64,000 nt of DNA from a virus (IMGVR_UViG_3300046660_000513:1-64000), one strand, 5' to 3'. Numbered from the stretch's first letter, positions 18,426 to 27,814 are shown. Program-made: numbers and translations. Notes: generated by a model not told the origin, from the sequence alone.

Positions 18426-19937
18426 CTATCCCCTGACATCGAACCCCCGCCGCCTGCCGAGGGCCTTGAGAGACGTCGCTCCGGGGTCTCCAGTGGCATC
18501 GCTGCCGGTGAGGTGCAGTACCTCGCGGCGGAAGCGGTTATACGCGTCGTCGGTCTTGGTACCCCAGGAGCCGTCCGCGTACTTCTTGTCGAGGAAGCCC
18601 TCCGCAACCAGGGCGTTTTCGACGATCTTGACATCAGCGGGGTACGTCTTGTGCCCGGTGGCCGCCGGAAGATCCTTCTTGCGGGCCGCGATGATGTTGG
18701 ACAGGTCAACGACCGGCTTCACAGGCGGCTTCGGCTTCACCGGAGGCTTCGGAACAACCGGAGCAGACCAGCGGTACGACGCCACGGCCTTGCCGCCACG
18801 CGGGTCCTGCGGGTCAGCGGTAGGCGGGCACACGCCGTCTGCGAACTTGGGGGCGAAGTAGCCAATCACACGGGGCGAGCGGCGCGGGGTGCTGTGAGAC
18901 CAAACCCCGTTGCCCTGCCCGGCGTCCGTGGATCCGGCCTTGACGGAGTTGCCACCCTTGGTGAAGACGTTGTCCGCGTCGAACCCGACGACGACCTCCG
19001 TGTGCCCGTTGCCGAAGTTGCACCAGGCTCCGATGGACGGGTACTCCGACCACTGGCCGTGCTTCTTGGCCCAGTTGGTGAAGACGACCACGTTGTCGAC
19101 CTTGGGGACGATCCCCGATAAGCCGACCTCGTTGTACATGCACCAGTCCCAGATGACGCACCAGGCGACCTTGTTCTCCCCGTACTCCTTGCCCCACGGG
19201 TTGTCGTTGTTCCAGCCGACGGCCGACTCCCACGTCTCGTAGATCTTCTCCGGGACGCTCATGACGTGGTTCAGCAGAGTCAGCCACTGCGGTACAGCCG
19301 GAGTCGGCGGAGTCGGCGGAGTCGGCGCGGCGGGGGAGGGAACCGCGAGCTTTGCCCACGCGGTGGCATCACCGTTGAACAGGTTCCGGTCGAGGCCTCC
19401 GCTGATCGCGTACTGGTGGATCACCCACGTCTTCCAGCCTGCGATGCTGGGCTTCCCCGCAGCATGGTTGGGGTCGGCGATCCACAGCGGGTAGGACCGT
19501 AGCGTCTCCGCGTCCGTCTTGGAGGCCGCCGCAAGCAGGGCGTTGAGGTAGCTGGTGTAGGAGTACACCAGGGCCTTGACGCCGGTCTTCGCCTTGATCC
19601 GGGCGAGGAACTTGAGCGCGTAGGACATCCGCTGGGCCTGGGTGCCTTCGGACGCCTCTAAGTCGAGGGCTAACAGGTCACCGGGCTTGGCCTTGGCCTT
19701 GGACAGGAAGAAGTCGGCTTCCTTGACCGGGTCCTGTGTGGGGTGGCCGAAGTGGTAGTGACCGACCTTCTTTCCTGCGGTGCGGGCGATGGTCACGAAT
19801 GCATCGTGGTCGGCATCCGCTGTGTGCTCCCCTTCGGAAGCCTTGGCGATGACGAAGGCGGCGGTTACGGCTGCGAGGGCAGCGGAGACCGTGGGTATTC
19901 CGTTGTTGTTCGAGACGTCGATACCAGATAGAGACAT
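18426..19937 (-). CDS. Endolysin: GH25 muramidase + CHAP-like domain + peptidoglycan-binding domain
   Basis: GIDVS...IAKASEG...GHYHF...LALDLE...HQY...LDRN (GH25); AWC...GHTEVV...GGNS (CHAP); DGSWGTKT cell-wall binding; AAAGGA RBS before ATG 19937. Confidence 0.9.
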   Translation of the reverse strand: MSLSGIDVSNNNGIPTVSAALAAVTAAFVIAKASEGEHTADADHDAFVTIARTAGKKVGHYHFGHPTQDPVKEADFFLSKAKAKPGDLLALDLEASEGTQAQRMSYALKFLARIKAKTGVKALVYSYTSYLNALLAAASKTDAETLRSYPLWIADPNHAAGKPSIAGWKTWVIHQYAISGGLDRNLFNGDATAWAKLAVPSPAAPTPPTPPTPAVPQWLTLLNHVMSVPEKIYETWESAVGWNNDNPWGKEYGENKVAWCVIWDWCMYNEVGLSGIVPKVDNVVVFTNWAKKHGQWSEYPSIGAWCNFGNGHTEVVVGFDADNVFTKGGNSVKAGSTDAGQGNGVWSHSTPRRSPRVIGYFAPKFADGVCPPTADPQDPRGGKAVASYRWSAPVVPKPPVKPKPPVKPVVDLSNIIAARKKDLPAATGHKTYPADVKIVENALVAEGFLDKKYADGSWGTKTDDAYNRFRREVLHLTGSDATGDPGATSLKALGRRRGFDVRG

Positions 19938-20059
19938 GGAAATGTCCTTTCGCGCGAATTGGACAAGTGCCAGTCTCTCACGATGGAAATGGCCTATGGA
20001 ATTAGGATTGGGCATGAAAAAGGGGCCGACCTGTAGTAGGTCGGCCCCTTGTTCTAGTG

Positions 20060-20449
20060 CTACATCTCAGGCCAGACGATCTTCGGCTCGATGCGGCAGG
20101 CCTCTCCGTTTTTCACGTACACCCGCCAGATGTCGGTATTTTCCTCACCCTCGCACTCCAGGTATCCGACGAAGTCATGTCCCGGGGCGGAATTGACGAC
20201 GTTCTGAACGTGATCGATCAGGTTGTCGGCCCGGTACTCGTCGATCTCTCGCATGACCAAGGCAGTTGCCTTACGACGAAAAAGGGGGCCTTCCTCGGTA
20301 TCGACGGTTTCCTCTTCGATTCGCAAGATCACATCGGGGTCATATCTGCTGGTGACGTTGTGCGGGGCGTACTTGCTGTCCCTGATTTTGTTCCAGGGGA
20401 GCGGCGGCACGATGGTGAACTCGCCGGTCACGTGTGTGCGGTAACCCAT
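20060..20449 (-). CDS. Hypothetical phage protein
   Basis: AAGGAGG RBS. Confidence 0.75.
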   Translation of the reverse strand: MGYRTHVTGEFTIVPPLPWNKIRDSKYAPHNVTSRYDPDVILRIEEETVDTEEGPLFRRKATALVMREIDEYRADNLIDHVQNVVNSAPGHDFVGYLECEGEENTDIWRVYVKNGEACRIEPKIVWPEM

Positions 20450-20470
20450 GGGGCCCTCCTTATCGCCTTT

Positions 20471-20767
20471 TTAGCGGGATTCGTTGCGCCGGAGCAGAAC
20501 GGATTGCGGAACGGTGTAGGTGCCGATCCAGTGCATTACTTCTGTCGCGGATTGCAGGGTGTCCAGGTGCAGGGTGATCCGGTTAGCATCCCATTCCGCG
20601 ATCTCCTGGAAGGTTTCCGGGAGGAGGCCCCAGAGTTCGATGAGATACGCGATGAGGCGGCTGCATTCGTCCTGGGGGAAAGCCAGTTCCGGGTCGGTCT
20701 TCTCCTGTACGGCCAGGTCATCGAAGTGGATGGTGAGGGCCCAGCAGTCGGGTTCGGGTTGGGTCAT
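20471..20767 (-). CDS. Hypothetical protein
   Basis: AGGAG RBS; motif pair 20786/20815. Confidence 0.65.
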   Translation of the reverse strand: MTQPEPDCWALTIHFDDLAVQEKTDPELAFPQDECSRLIAYLIELWGLLPETFQEIAEWDANRITLHLDTLQSATEVMHWIGTYTVPQSVLLRRNESR

Positions 20768-20829
20768 GAGGGGCTCCTACGGGTGAGGGTAGATAAGCCA
20801 TCGTCGTGACGACTTATCTACCCTATCAG

Positions 20830-21216
20830 CTAGTCGGCGATTTTTCCGTGAAACGTCATCCCCTTGACCCGCTCGTACCGGTCATCGGCGAACGGCAGAT
20901 ACGGGACGTACAAACCCGTGCGCTTGATCCTCTGCGCAAACGCCGCATCCGTGCTCTCCGGGTACACCCGCTTGTCCGGGATCAAATCCGGCACAAACGC
21001 CTTCTCCTGAGCAGCGTGCCTGATGGGAGAGTGGTCCAGCGTGCTGGCGTACACGTAACGGTGGATCAGACCGTCCTTCAGGTACACGTGCCAGGACTCC
21101 CGGTCGCAGGTGTACCCGTACAACAGAGTCCGGTCGGGCCCCAGGAAGCTGTGAGCCCAGATCACACGGTCATCCGGCGGCGTCTGGTGCAGCTGCTTGA
21201 ACTGTTCGCGATTCAC
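20830..21216 (-). CDS. Hypothetical protein
   Basis: GTGA overlap. Confidence 0.7.
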   Translation of the reverse strand: MNREQFKQLHQTPPDDRVIWAHSFLGPDRTLLYGYTCDRESWHVYLKDGLIHRYVYASTLDHSPIRHAAQEKAFVPDLIPDKRVYPESTDAAFAQRIKRTGLYVPYLPFADDRYERVKGMTFHGKIAD

Positions 21217-21434
21217 TTCGTCCCCTCCGCCAGGTCCCACAGGCGCCGCACAGACTCCTCCGCGCGCTTCACGCACTGCTCTTTTTCGACGTACACGTGC
21301 CCTCCGGGGCGCGTGTACGTGTTCTTGATCGTGTGGACGTGCACGCCCAGGAAGTAGACCTGGATATCCTCGTCCTCGCCGGTACGGTCCGGCACCTCAC
21401 GAAACTCGATGTACGGGTTACTTTCCATGATCAC
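21213..21434 (-). CDS. Hypothetical protein
   Basis: GTGA overlap. Confidence 0.65.
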   Translation of the reverse strand: MIMESNPYIEFREVPDRTGEDEDIQVYFLGVHVHTIKNTYTRPGGHVYVEKEQCVKRAEESVRRLWDLAEGTK

Positions 21435-22147
21435 GCCACCTTCTTGATGTGAGTGAAGATCACGGTCCCGGCAGCGTGGCGGTCAAAGCCCTTCTCGCCC
21501 CCGTGATAGGTGAACTCGTAGACACCGGCCGGGATCCGCACGATCTCAGCGTCCTCATCGAGGTTCTTGACGTCGCCGCCGCGAGCCACCCAGTCCCCGA
21601 AGTCAGCGATCGAGTAGGACCATACGGCGCCGTCCACGCCCGCCAGCCGAGTCCAGCCCTCAGGGGTGCGAGGACCGTCCAGCTCCTCATCCCAGCCGCA
21701 GTTCGCGAGGACATACTCACCGTCGCCGGTCTGGAAGAGGTCCGGCCAGGCGTCCCCGACGAAGCCGAACGCGCAACCCTGCTTGGCGAACTCTTCGACG
21801 ACCTGTGCCACCCCGAGGTTGCTGGTGTAGTCGGCGAAGCCCTCGCGGCCGTAGCCGTCGTAGACGGGCCGCAAGTCGTCGTTGATGACGAGCTTTCCGG
21901 AGGGCACGTTCAGCCGGATCGTGGTGGTGATGCCGTCGGAGTACTTGCACGGGTTGTCCACGTGGACGGCATCGTCAGTGATCGTGTAGTGCACGTAGTC
22001 GCCGCAGTAGGCGCAGCTGAACAGGTGGCTTACGAGCATGGGGGTGTCTGGATTGTCGCCGCCGGTCGGGATCATGGCGACCTTTACGGTGTCTTCGCGA
22101 AGAAGTCGGTGGCCGTTGGCCTTGAGGGGGAGAGTTCGAATCGTCAT
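21431..22147 (-). CDS. Hypothetical protein (leaderless)
   Basis: ATG directly after TAGGGTAGATAC. Confidence 0.75.
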   Translation of the reverse strand: MTIRTLPLKANGHRLLREDTVKVAMIPTGGDNPDTPMLVSHLFSCAYCGDYVHYTITDDAVHVDNPCKYSDGITTTIRLNVPSGKLVINDDLRPVYDGYGREGFADYTSNLGVAQVVEEFAKQGCAFGFVGDAWPDLFQTGDGEYVLANCGWDEELDGPRTPEGWTRLAGVDGAVWSYSIADFGDWVARGGDVKNLDEDAEIVRIPAGVYEFTYHGGEKGFDRHAAGTVIFTHIKKVA

Positions 22148-22399
22148 GTATCTACCCTAGCATATTGACGGCCAAAAGGAAACGGCCCGCCCCTGTTAGG
22201 ACGAGCCGCCGTAACCGAGGCCGCTACGCGGGAACAGGCTTGCCCTGGGACGGGCCAGGCGTCGGCTCCGGTACCTCAGAACAGCCCGAAGCCCCCACGC
22301 CCTACGGGGGGTTAAGGGCATGGGGGCTTCGGGAAAGGGCTGGTGAGCGGGGAGACCTCCCCAGGTTCCCTCTGCACCAGCCGGGCGCTATCTACCGTA

Positions 22400-22687
22400 C
22401 TACTGTTTGAGCAGCGGGGGTAGTACACCCTCTGCCCGCAGCTTTTTCCGCAGCGTCTTCATACGACCCAGACTCGGGATGAAGATGTGCCAGATCTCGG
22501 AGTTGTTCCCGCTGGTCTCGGTGCACTTCTGGGCGTTGGCCAGGCTGCGCGGTGTACCAGGGTGGGACTCTGCCCGCATCATCTGGGCGTCCCATATGGC
22601 GTTCAGCTTGTCGTATTTCAGCAGGCCATGCACCGCACAGACGCTTGGGTCATCTGTGGTCGTGCCCTTCAAGCGTTGATAGGTCAT
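22400..22687 (-). CDS. Hypothetical protein (leaderless)
   Basis: ATG directly after TAGGGTAGATAC. Confidence 0.7.
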   Translation of the reverse strand: MTYQRLKGTTTDDPSVCAVHGLLKYDKLNAIWDAQMMRAESHPGTPRSLANAQKCTETSGNNSEIWHIFIPSLGRMKTLRKKLRAEGVLPPLLKQ

Positions 22688-22897
22688 GTATCTACCCTAC
22701 TCTTTTGGTTCACGAACGATCCAGTACCCTGCGCCAGCTTGCACCTACTAGTCTCCCCGGCCTACCGTGGTTCACGTAACACGGTTCTACTCCCTGGTGT
22801 TCCAACCATCGGGCTGCAACAACGAGAGGCCCGTACGACTGCAACCCTGTTGGCGCAGGAGTCGTACAGGTCTCTCGTTGTGTTCGGGATCCAGGCG

Positions 22898-23242
22898 TCA
22901 GCAGCCCATGCAGCGGTCCCAATCGCCCTTCAGGACGCGCGGACAATGCTCGTTACAGTGCACACGGATGCGCTCCCCGTCCGGCTCCTCGTGCACGGTG
23001 CAGGTACACAGACCCCGGTCGTGGATCCGGATCAACTGTTCCGTGACCTGGTCGGCAACTCTCCTGGCCCTGTCCGCGTCGCCTCCGAACGTCTCCTGGA
23101 TGACCTTGGCGGACCGGTGGCTCATCCAGGTATCGACGGGTACGAGACGGTGAATCAGGGCCGCCAGTTCGCTCTGTGACAGATCGAACCGCATGCGGGG
23201 TTCGGTGACGATACGCGGGAGGTACTCGGGGTCTGATGTCAT
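22898..23242 (-). CDS. Hypothetical protein (leaderless)
   Basis: ATG directly after TAGGGTAGAGAC. Confidence 0.7.
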   Translation of the reverse strand: MTSDPEYLPRIVTEPRMRFDLSQSELAALIHRLVPVDTWMSHRSAKVIQETFGGDADRARRVADQVTEQLIRIHDRGLCTCTVHEEPDGERIRVHCNEHCPRVLKGDWDRCMGC

Positions 23243-23676
23243 GTCTCTACCCTAGCACGTTGAGTAGCCAGCCCCGAGAACATGGCTTGGATCAGGTCAC
23301 CTGTCTCATCGGAGCTGCGGTCCAGCAACACCAGGGGATCCACCGGACCGAATAGATCGTGATAGATCACCTGCAAGCCAAGCATTGTCGCCGGGTTCTG
23401 GGTGCGGTACCCGCTGATTCGAGGATCCGAGTTCCGACCGGCCTTCCCTTCGCGCACGTTGCAGCCCTGACACAACAAGCCTCGAACCAGGGTCGTCCGG
23501 TGACAGTGGTCCATTACCAACCGGTCTCTCCGGTACCCGCAGAGAGCACACCGGTTGTCTTGCCAAACCGTCAGCAGCTCGCGGGCTTCTGGAAAGCCGT
23601 CCTCGGCCAGCGCTGCGACTTGTATCCGGTGATCCTCAGTGACTGCCCAGTCCCAGCAGGCCGGTTTGCCGTCCAT
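23239..23676 (-). CDS. Endonuclease VII domain protein
   Basis: QDNRCALCG...LVMDHCHRTTLVRGLLCQGCN. Confidence 0.9.
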   Translation of the reverse strand: MDGKPACWDWAVTEDHRIQVAALAEDGFPEARELLTVWQDNRCALCGYRRDRLVMDHCHRTTLVRGLLCQGCNVREGKAGRNSDPRISGYRTQNPATMLGLQVIYHDLFGPVDPLVLLDRSSDETGDLIQAMFSGLATQRARVET

Positions 23677-23688
23677 CGGTAGTCCCTT

Positions 23689-24438
23689 CTAAGCGGTGAG
23701 TTTCAGGGCGTCTTGCCCCAGAGCGACCTTGCGAGCGGTAGCGGGCCACCAGCACCGTCCGCCGTGGGCGGTGGGGACCTGGTCGGCATTCAAGCCCGCT
23801 GCGATCGAGGCCCAGGTTTTTTCCCCGCCGACACGTTCTCCGATAATGCGAGCGACGACCTCGTGCGGCAGCACGGAGGGTCTGCCCAGACGAACACCGC
23901 GTGCCTTGAGAGCGGCCAGAGCCTCCCGGGTGCGGGCCTTGATGAGGTTGCGCTCCATCTCGGCGAACACGGCTTGGATCTGAAACAACGCGATGCCTCC
24001 GGGGGTGGTGAGGTCCACTTCGCCATCGGCGGTGGCCATGGACCAACCCTCTTCCTGGCACTGGGCAGCCAGGTTGAGCAGATCCTTGGCGCTGCGGGCA
24101 AGCCGGTCCACGCGCATGAACAGGAGGACCGATGAAGGACCCTGCTGCATACGCTGCAAACAGTTACTAAGCGCCTCTCGGTGCAGGGGAGGGATGGACC
24201 CGGAGACACCGTCGTCCACGAACCAACCGTCGTCGGGGATGTACAGGTTCTGTTTGGCGGCACGTTCTTCAATGCCTGCCTTCTGAGCTTCGAGTCCGGC
24301 ACCGGATTCGACCTGTTCCTCGGTGGACACTCTCAGGTAACCCAAGGCCATAGCTTTGTCTCGATGGATGGCTGTAAGGGCTCGTCGTCTGCGTCGGGGC
24401 TTACCTGGAGGTTTGTTCGATTCGGGGTGGGTGATCAT
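23689..24438 (-). CDS. Serine recombinase (resolvase/invertase family)
   Basis: GYLRVSTEEQ...DDGVSGS...RVDRLARS...AEMERNLIKARTREAL...G.RLGRP; C-terminal DNA-binding domain. Confidence 0.93.
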   Translation of the reverse strand: MITHPESNKPPGKPRRRRRALTAIHRDKAMALGYLRVSTEEQVESGAGLEAQKAGIEERAAKQNLYIPDDGWFVDDGVSGSIPPLHREALSNCLQRMQQGPSSVLLFMRVDRLARSAKDLLNLAAQCQEEGWSMATADGEVDLTTPGGIALFQIQAVFAEMERNLIKARTREALAALKARGVRLGRPSVLPHEVVARIIGERVGGEKTWASIAAGLNADQVPTAHGGRCWWPATARKVALGQDALKLTA

Positions 24439-24669
24439 GCGTAAACTATACGCCCCTTTGGTATACGTGACTCGTCGTCAACTTGTACCTAATTAGGGCA
24501 GTTGTCCGAATGAGCCGACAGCTAGCTCCACCCGCTAGCACTTCCTGTACTAACGCAACTACTAACTACCCACTAGTAACTTCCAAACTAGTACTTGCGC
24601 ACGCGGGTAGTTGCGGACAACAAACAGCCCCTCCCGAGTCATCGGGAGGGGCTGTCAGTTCTTCGGCTG

Positions 24670-24963
24670 CTACCCGATCACTTCGACCGTGGGGCAACCC
24701 TTGATGATCTCGGTCAACTCGGCCCGGGTGACGGGGGTTCGGGCCCGGCGGCCGGTCAGTCCGGCGTGCAACGCTATGGCCGGGGCTTCCAGGACGGTCG
24801 GCATGCGGTACCTCCGGGCGCGTACTACCAAGAAGTAGTCCCCGAAGCAGAGTTCGTCTCCGATCTGGGGGCAGGGGGCACTGAACAGGTTCCAGTTGAA
24901 GGTGAGGTATTCCACGTCCTGCGGGGTACTTTGCAGCTTGACGACGACTCGTACGACGCTCAT
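24670..24963 (-). CDS. Hypothetical protein
   Basis: GGAG RBS. Confidence 0.6.
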   Translation of the reverse strand: MSVVRVVVKLQSTPQDVEYLTFNWNLFSAPCPQIGDELCFGDYFLVVRARRYRMPTVLEAPAIALHAGLTGRRARTPVTRAELTEIIKGCPTVEVIG

Positions 24964-24987
24964 AGAGAACTCCAGGTCAGAGGGCGG

Positions 24988-25338
24988 TTACTTGAGCCAG
25001 GACAGTCGGAGGATGACGCGGAGGTGCATCCGGCCGTACATCAGCTTGAGCCGGTTCGGTACGTACAGCTGGACCCAGTAGTGCTCCATGAGGACGGCCG
25101 CGCACTTCTCCAGTCCGGCGCGCATCTCGGCGGTTGCGGCCTCTTCGTCTTTTGTGAAGACGTGCCAGATGATCTTGGTTTCGCCTTCGTTGTCTTCGGC
25201 GTGCCAGACTTCGAAGCCTGCGCGCTGTTCTTTCCAGGAGTACTCCGGGATCCCGAAGCGACGCAGGTAGATGCGGTAGTTGTCCTGCATCATCTTCGAG
25301 GTCTTCAGGGTGTGGACCTGGACGGCAATGATCGGCAT
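24988..25338 (-). CDS. Hypothetical protein
   Basis: Motif 25366 + GAGGAG RBS. Confidence 0.7.
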   Translation of the reverse strand: MPIIAVQVHTLKTSKMMQDNYRIYLRRFGIPEYSWKEQRAGFEVWHAEDNEGETKIIWHVFTKDEEAATAEMRAGLEKCAAVLMEHYWVQLYVPNRLKLMYGRMHLRVILRLSWLK

Positions 25339-25404
25339 GGGGGCTCCTCGGGCTATTCGGCGATGTATCTACCCTATCACACACTCCGGGTATACTGGAA
25401 GTCT

Positions 25405-25554
25405 CCTCAGTTCGTACAACGGCCCGCTCCGGCGGGGACTGCTGACACCTCGCCCGGGGGCGCCCAAGTATTACCCGGCATGAGATGAATGAAGGCGGTC
25501 AGGACACCCCCTGAGGTGGGGGAGACGGGGGTTCGACTCCCCCACTGGGGACCG
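25405..25554 (+). ncRNA. tRNA-like RNA with 76-nt D-loop insertion and 6-nt anticodon loop
   Basis: Acceptor CCTCAGT/ACTGGGG, D stem GTAC/GGAC, CCCCC-TGAGGT-GGGGG, T arm GGGGG-TTCGACT-CCCCC, TATACT -10 at 25391. Confidence 0.65.
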
Positions 25555-25715
25555 CGTTTCACTCTTACCGAACCTCGGCTAGCACAGCTCAGTGCGCTTG
25601 TTCGCATTTTCCCCAACCAGCAAGCAAGTGACGGCATATGACGTACCGTCATGCCAGAGGGACGGAACATCCTGTCTTTCGCACACCGTTTTACGACACT
25701 GGAGGAGTACCCCCT

Positions 25716-26225
25716 ATGACCACCTCTCAGACGGGGCTCATGTCGTCTGCTCTCGGTCTGCTCAACAACGACGATGCCGAGCGTGTTGCCGCTTTGGTCG
25801 TACGTGACAACGAGGGCGTCACCGACCAGGCCCAGGCTCTCGCCATCGTCGACGAGGCGCTGAAGTTCCTCAGCGCCGCCACCACGAGCAAGCCCGGCGA
25901 CGGCCGCAGGCTGCGCCCCTCGCGCGTCGTCGATATGGGCTGGCACGCCCTCATCCTGCACACCGAGCTGTACATGACGCTCTGCCACAAGATCGGGCGC
26001 TACATCCACCACCGCCCCGAGGGCCCCGAGACGCTGCGTCGTGAGGCCACCACCCTCGACATCACCCAGGCCGCGATCCGCGAGGCCGGATACGAGCCCG
26101 TCGAATACTTCTGGGGCACCAAGGGCGACACCGAGATCAAGGGTGGCGACTGCCAACACACCGAGTGCCACCAGGACCCCGGCTGCACCGCGCCTCCCGT
26201 GGCCCAGATCGCCGTCGGCGGCTAG
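25716..26225 (+). CDS. Glycine-rich-domain-containing (GRDP/DUF1399-like) protein with Cys-containing tail
   Basis: PSRVVDMGWHALILHTELY...C...GRYIHHRP motif; GGAGGAG RBS. Confidence 0.7.
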   Translation: MTTSQTGLMSSALGLLNNDDAERVAALVVRDNEGVTDQAQALAIVDEALKFLSAATTSKPGDGRRLRPSRVVDMGWHALILHTELYMTLCHKIGRYIHHRPEGPETLRREATTLDITQAAIREAGYEPVEYFWGTKGDTEIKGGDCQHTECHQDPGCTAPPVAQIAVGG

Positions 26226-26278
26226 TCACGCCGCGTGGGAACAACGGTACAGTGAGTCACGGTTCCTAGGAGGGGTAC

Positions 26279-26479
26279 ATGAGTGAGACCAGGTGGGTTG
26301 ATCCCCGGTACGCCGAACTGGTGGACATGTTCGACAAGCTGGTTGCCCGTCGCCGCCGTCAGGGACCGGTGATGCGATGCCGCGCCTGCACTCACGGCCT
26401 CGGGGCCATAGTGATGGTCGACCTCGCAACCAAGAAGCCGATCACCCCGATTCGCTGTGCCCGCTGTTCATCCCTGTAG
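26279..26479 (+). CDS. Small Zn-ribbon protein
   Basis: AGGAGG RBS; two CxxC. Confidence 0.6.
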   Translation: MSETRWVDPRYAELVDMFDKLVARRRRQGPVMRCRACTHGLGAIVMVDLATKKPITPIRCARCSSL

Positions 26480-26501
26480 GTGGCCTTACGCCCTCTACAT
26501 C

Positions 26502-26542
26502 AAAAAGACCCCTCCCGCCGGATGGTCGGGAGGGGTCTTTTT
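26502..26542. terminator. Bidirectional intrinsic terminator
   Basis: AAAAAGACCCCTCCCG...CGGGAGGGGTCTTTTT. Confidence 0.85.
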
Positions 26543-26543
26543 G

Positions 26544-26717
26544 TCACACGCCCGCAGGCGTCGGGGAGAACAGACGGCAGTTCAGGCAGAGCCGTCCTTC
26601 CACCCAACACTCAGGTATACAGGGCCCGTTGTGCTTGCTTGGCGGCTTGGTGGTGTAGGCCTTGGTGTTGGTCGAGCGGCAGTTACGACACTGGTGTGGG
26701 GTGGCGGGAGTACTCAT
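26544..26717 (-). CDS. 57-aa Zn-ribbon protein (not in ORF track)
   Basis: MSTPATPHQCRNC...CLNCRLF. Confidence 0.55.
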   Translation of the reverse strand: MSTPATPHQCRNCRSTNTKAYTTKPPSKHNGPCIPECWVEGRLCLNCRLFSPTPAGV

Positions 26718-26732
26718 GACAGGTAGTTTCCC

Positions 26733-27467
26733 CTATGACGTGGGTGGCAGGAACTGGATAATGTCGATGTCCTGGGGGAGGAACTCGGCGTTGTCGGGGA
26801 ACCGTTCGCGCCACTTTGGCGGGATAGTCCCCTGGCACCACAGGTTGTTCGTGGTGACCGTGCGGCCGTCGAAAAACGTGATGCACCAGCGCCGCCCGCC
26901 AAAGCCCTTGAAGCCGTGAGACGACGTGTCGAGGCTGATGATGTAGTGCGTGTGGTCCACGACAACCCGCTGCGTCGGATCATCACCGTCGCGCACCCCG
27001 CCGGGTCCCCAGAACCAGTCGGCATGGTCCTCAGAGTCTTCGATCTGTACGAGGGTTTGTCCATTCGGCGGCAAAGTGGCGGTGATCAGGTGGTTTGTGT
27101 TGGTTCCGTCTGCGTTTCCCTGGCTGTACATGCACCGGGCGACCGCTGTGCCGTCATCGTGATGGGTGAACAGGGGAGCCCCGCGTGAGCTGCCGTGACG
27201 CCCTTGGGGCATACGGTCTATGGTTTTCTGGACGGCTTTCCAGAGGGTGTCTTCCTCCTGCTTCTTGCTGGCGACGAACTCCAGGGTCTGGGTGCCGAGT
27301 TCTGTCATGGCGCCTTGGTTGGGGCCGGTGAGTTCCACAAGGCCTTGTGCTGCGAGGGTAGTCAGGGCTTTCTGCTCGGATGCGTTGTAGGCCGTGATCT
27401 TCCCGTGGCTGCGCTGGGCTACTTCTAGCTTCCAGCGTTCATCATGGGTGAGGTTGATGATGGTCAT
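26733..27467 (-). CDS. Conserved phage hypothetical protein
   Basis: Motif 27494; C-terminal GFGGR..F.DGR...T.NLW.QG.IP..W..RFPDNA.F. Confidence 0.75.
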   Translation of the reverse strand: MTIINLTHDERWKLEVAQRSHGKITAYNASEQKALTTLAAQGLVELTGPNQGAMTELGTQTLEFVASKKQEEDTLWKAVQKTIDRMPQGRHGSSRGAPLFTHHDDGTAVARCMYSQGNADGTNTNHLITATLPPNGQTLVQIEDSEDHADWFWGPGGVRDGDDPTQRVVVDHTHYIISLDTSSHGFKGFGGRRWCITFFDGRTVTTNNLWCQGTIPPKWRERFPDNAEFLPQDIDIIQFLPPTS

Positions 27468-27553
27468 GTAGTCCCCCAAGATTACAGATGATGTATCTAC
27501 CCTAACACTAAGGGGGAGGGCCGTCAAACCCTCCCCCTAGCTCTGACCTGGGA

Positions 27554-27814
27554 TTAGTCCTCCAGGCCCGTCGCCCACGCGAACAGGGTGGCGAGGTTGA
27601 CGGCGGCGACCGGCTCCCCGTCTTTCTTGAGGATGACGTGCTGTTCCACGGTGACGGAACGGGTCGCGTCGGCGGGCCAGAATCCCGCGTTGTCGAACGA
27701 GGTGCCGTGGGTGAGGGCCGTGACCTCCTGCTCATCCGGCTCGTGCCAGTCGGGGCGGACGCCAAGGGTGTTGGCGAGGGCAACCAGCTGGGCCTTTGTG
27801 GTGATGCGCTGCAT
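27554..27814 (-). CDS. Hypothetical protein
   Basis: Motif 27840 + GAGGAG RBS. Confidence 0.75.
   Translation of the reverse strand: MQRITTKAQLVALANTLGVRPDWHEPDEQEVTALTHGTSFDNAGFWPADATRSVTVEQHVILKKDGEPVAAVNLATLFAWATGLED

Noticed and set aside
19950-20012. Shared late-promoter consensus between endolysin and portal upstream regions (AATCCT..CATA.GCC..AGACT)
   Set aside because: Spacing differs and there are only two examples; could be chance
23689-24438. Serine recombinase as the phage integrase
   Set aside because: At 249 aa it lacks the large recombinase/zinc-ribbon/coiled-coil region of large serine integrases
25405-25554. tmRNA or functional tRNA-Leu(GAG)
   Set aside because: Too short for tmRNA, with the insert in the D-loop rather than the anticodon arm and no tag ORF; the best anticodon stem leaves a 6-nt loop
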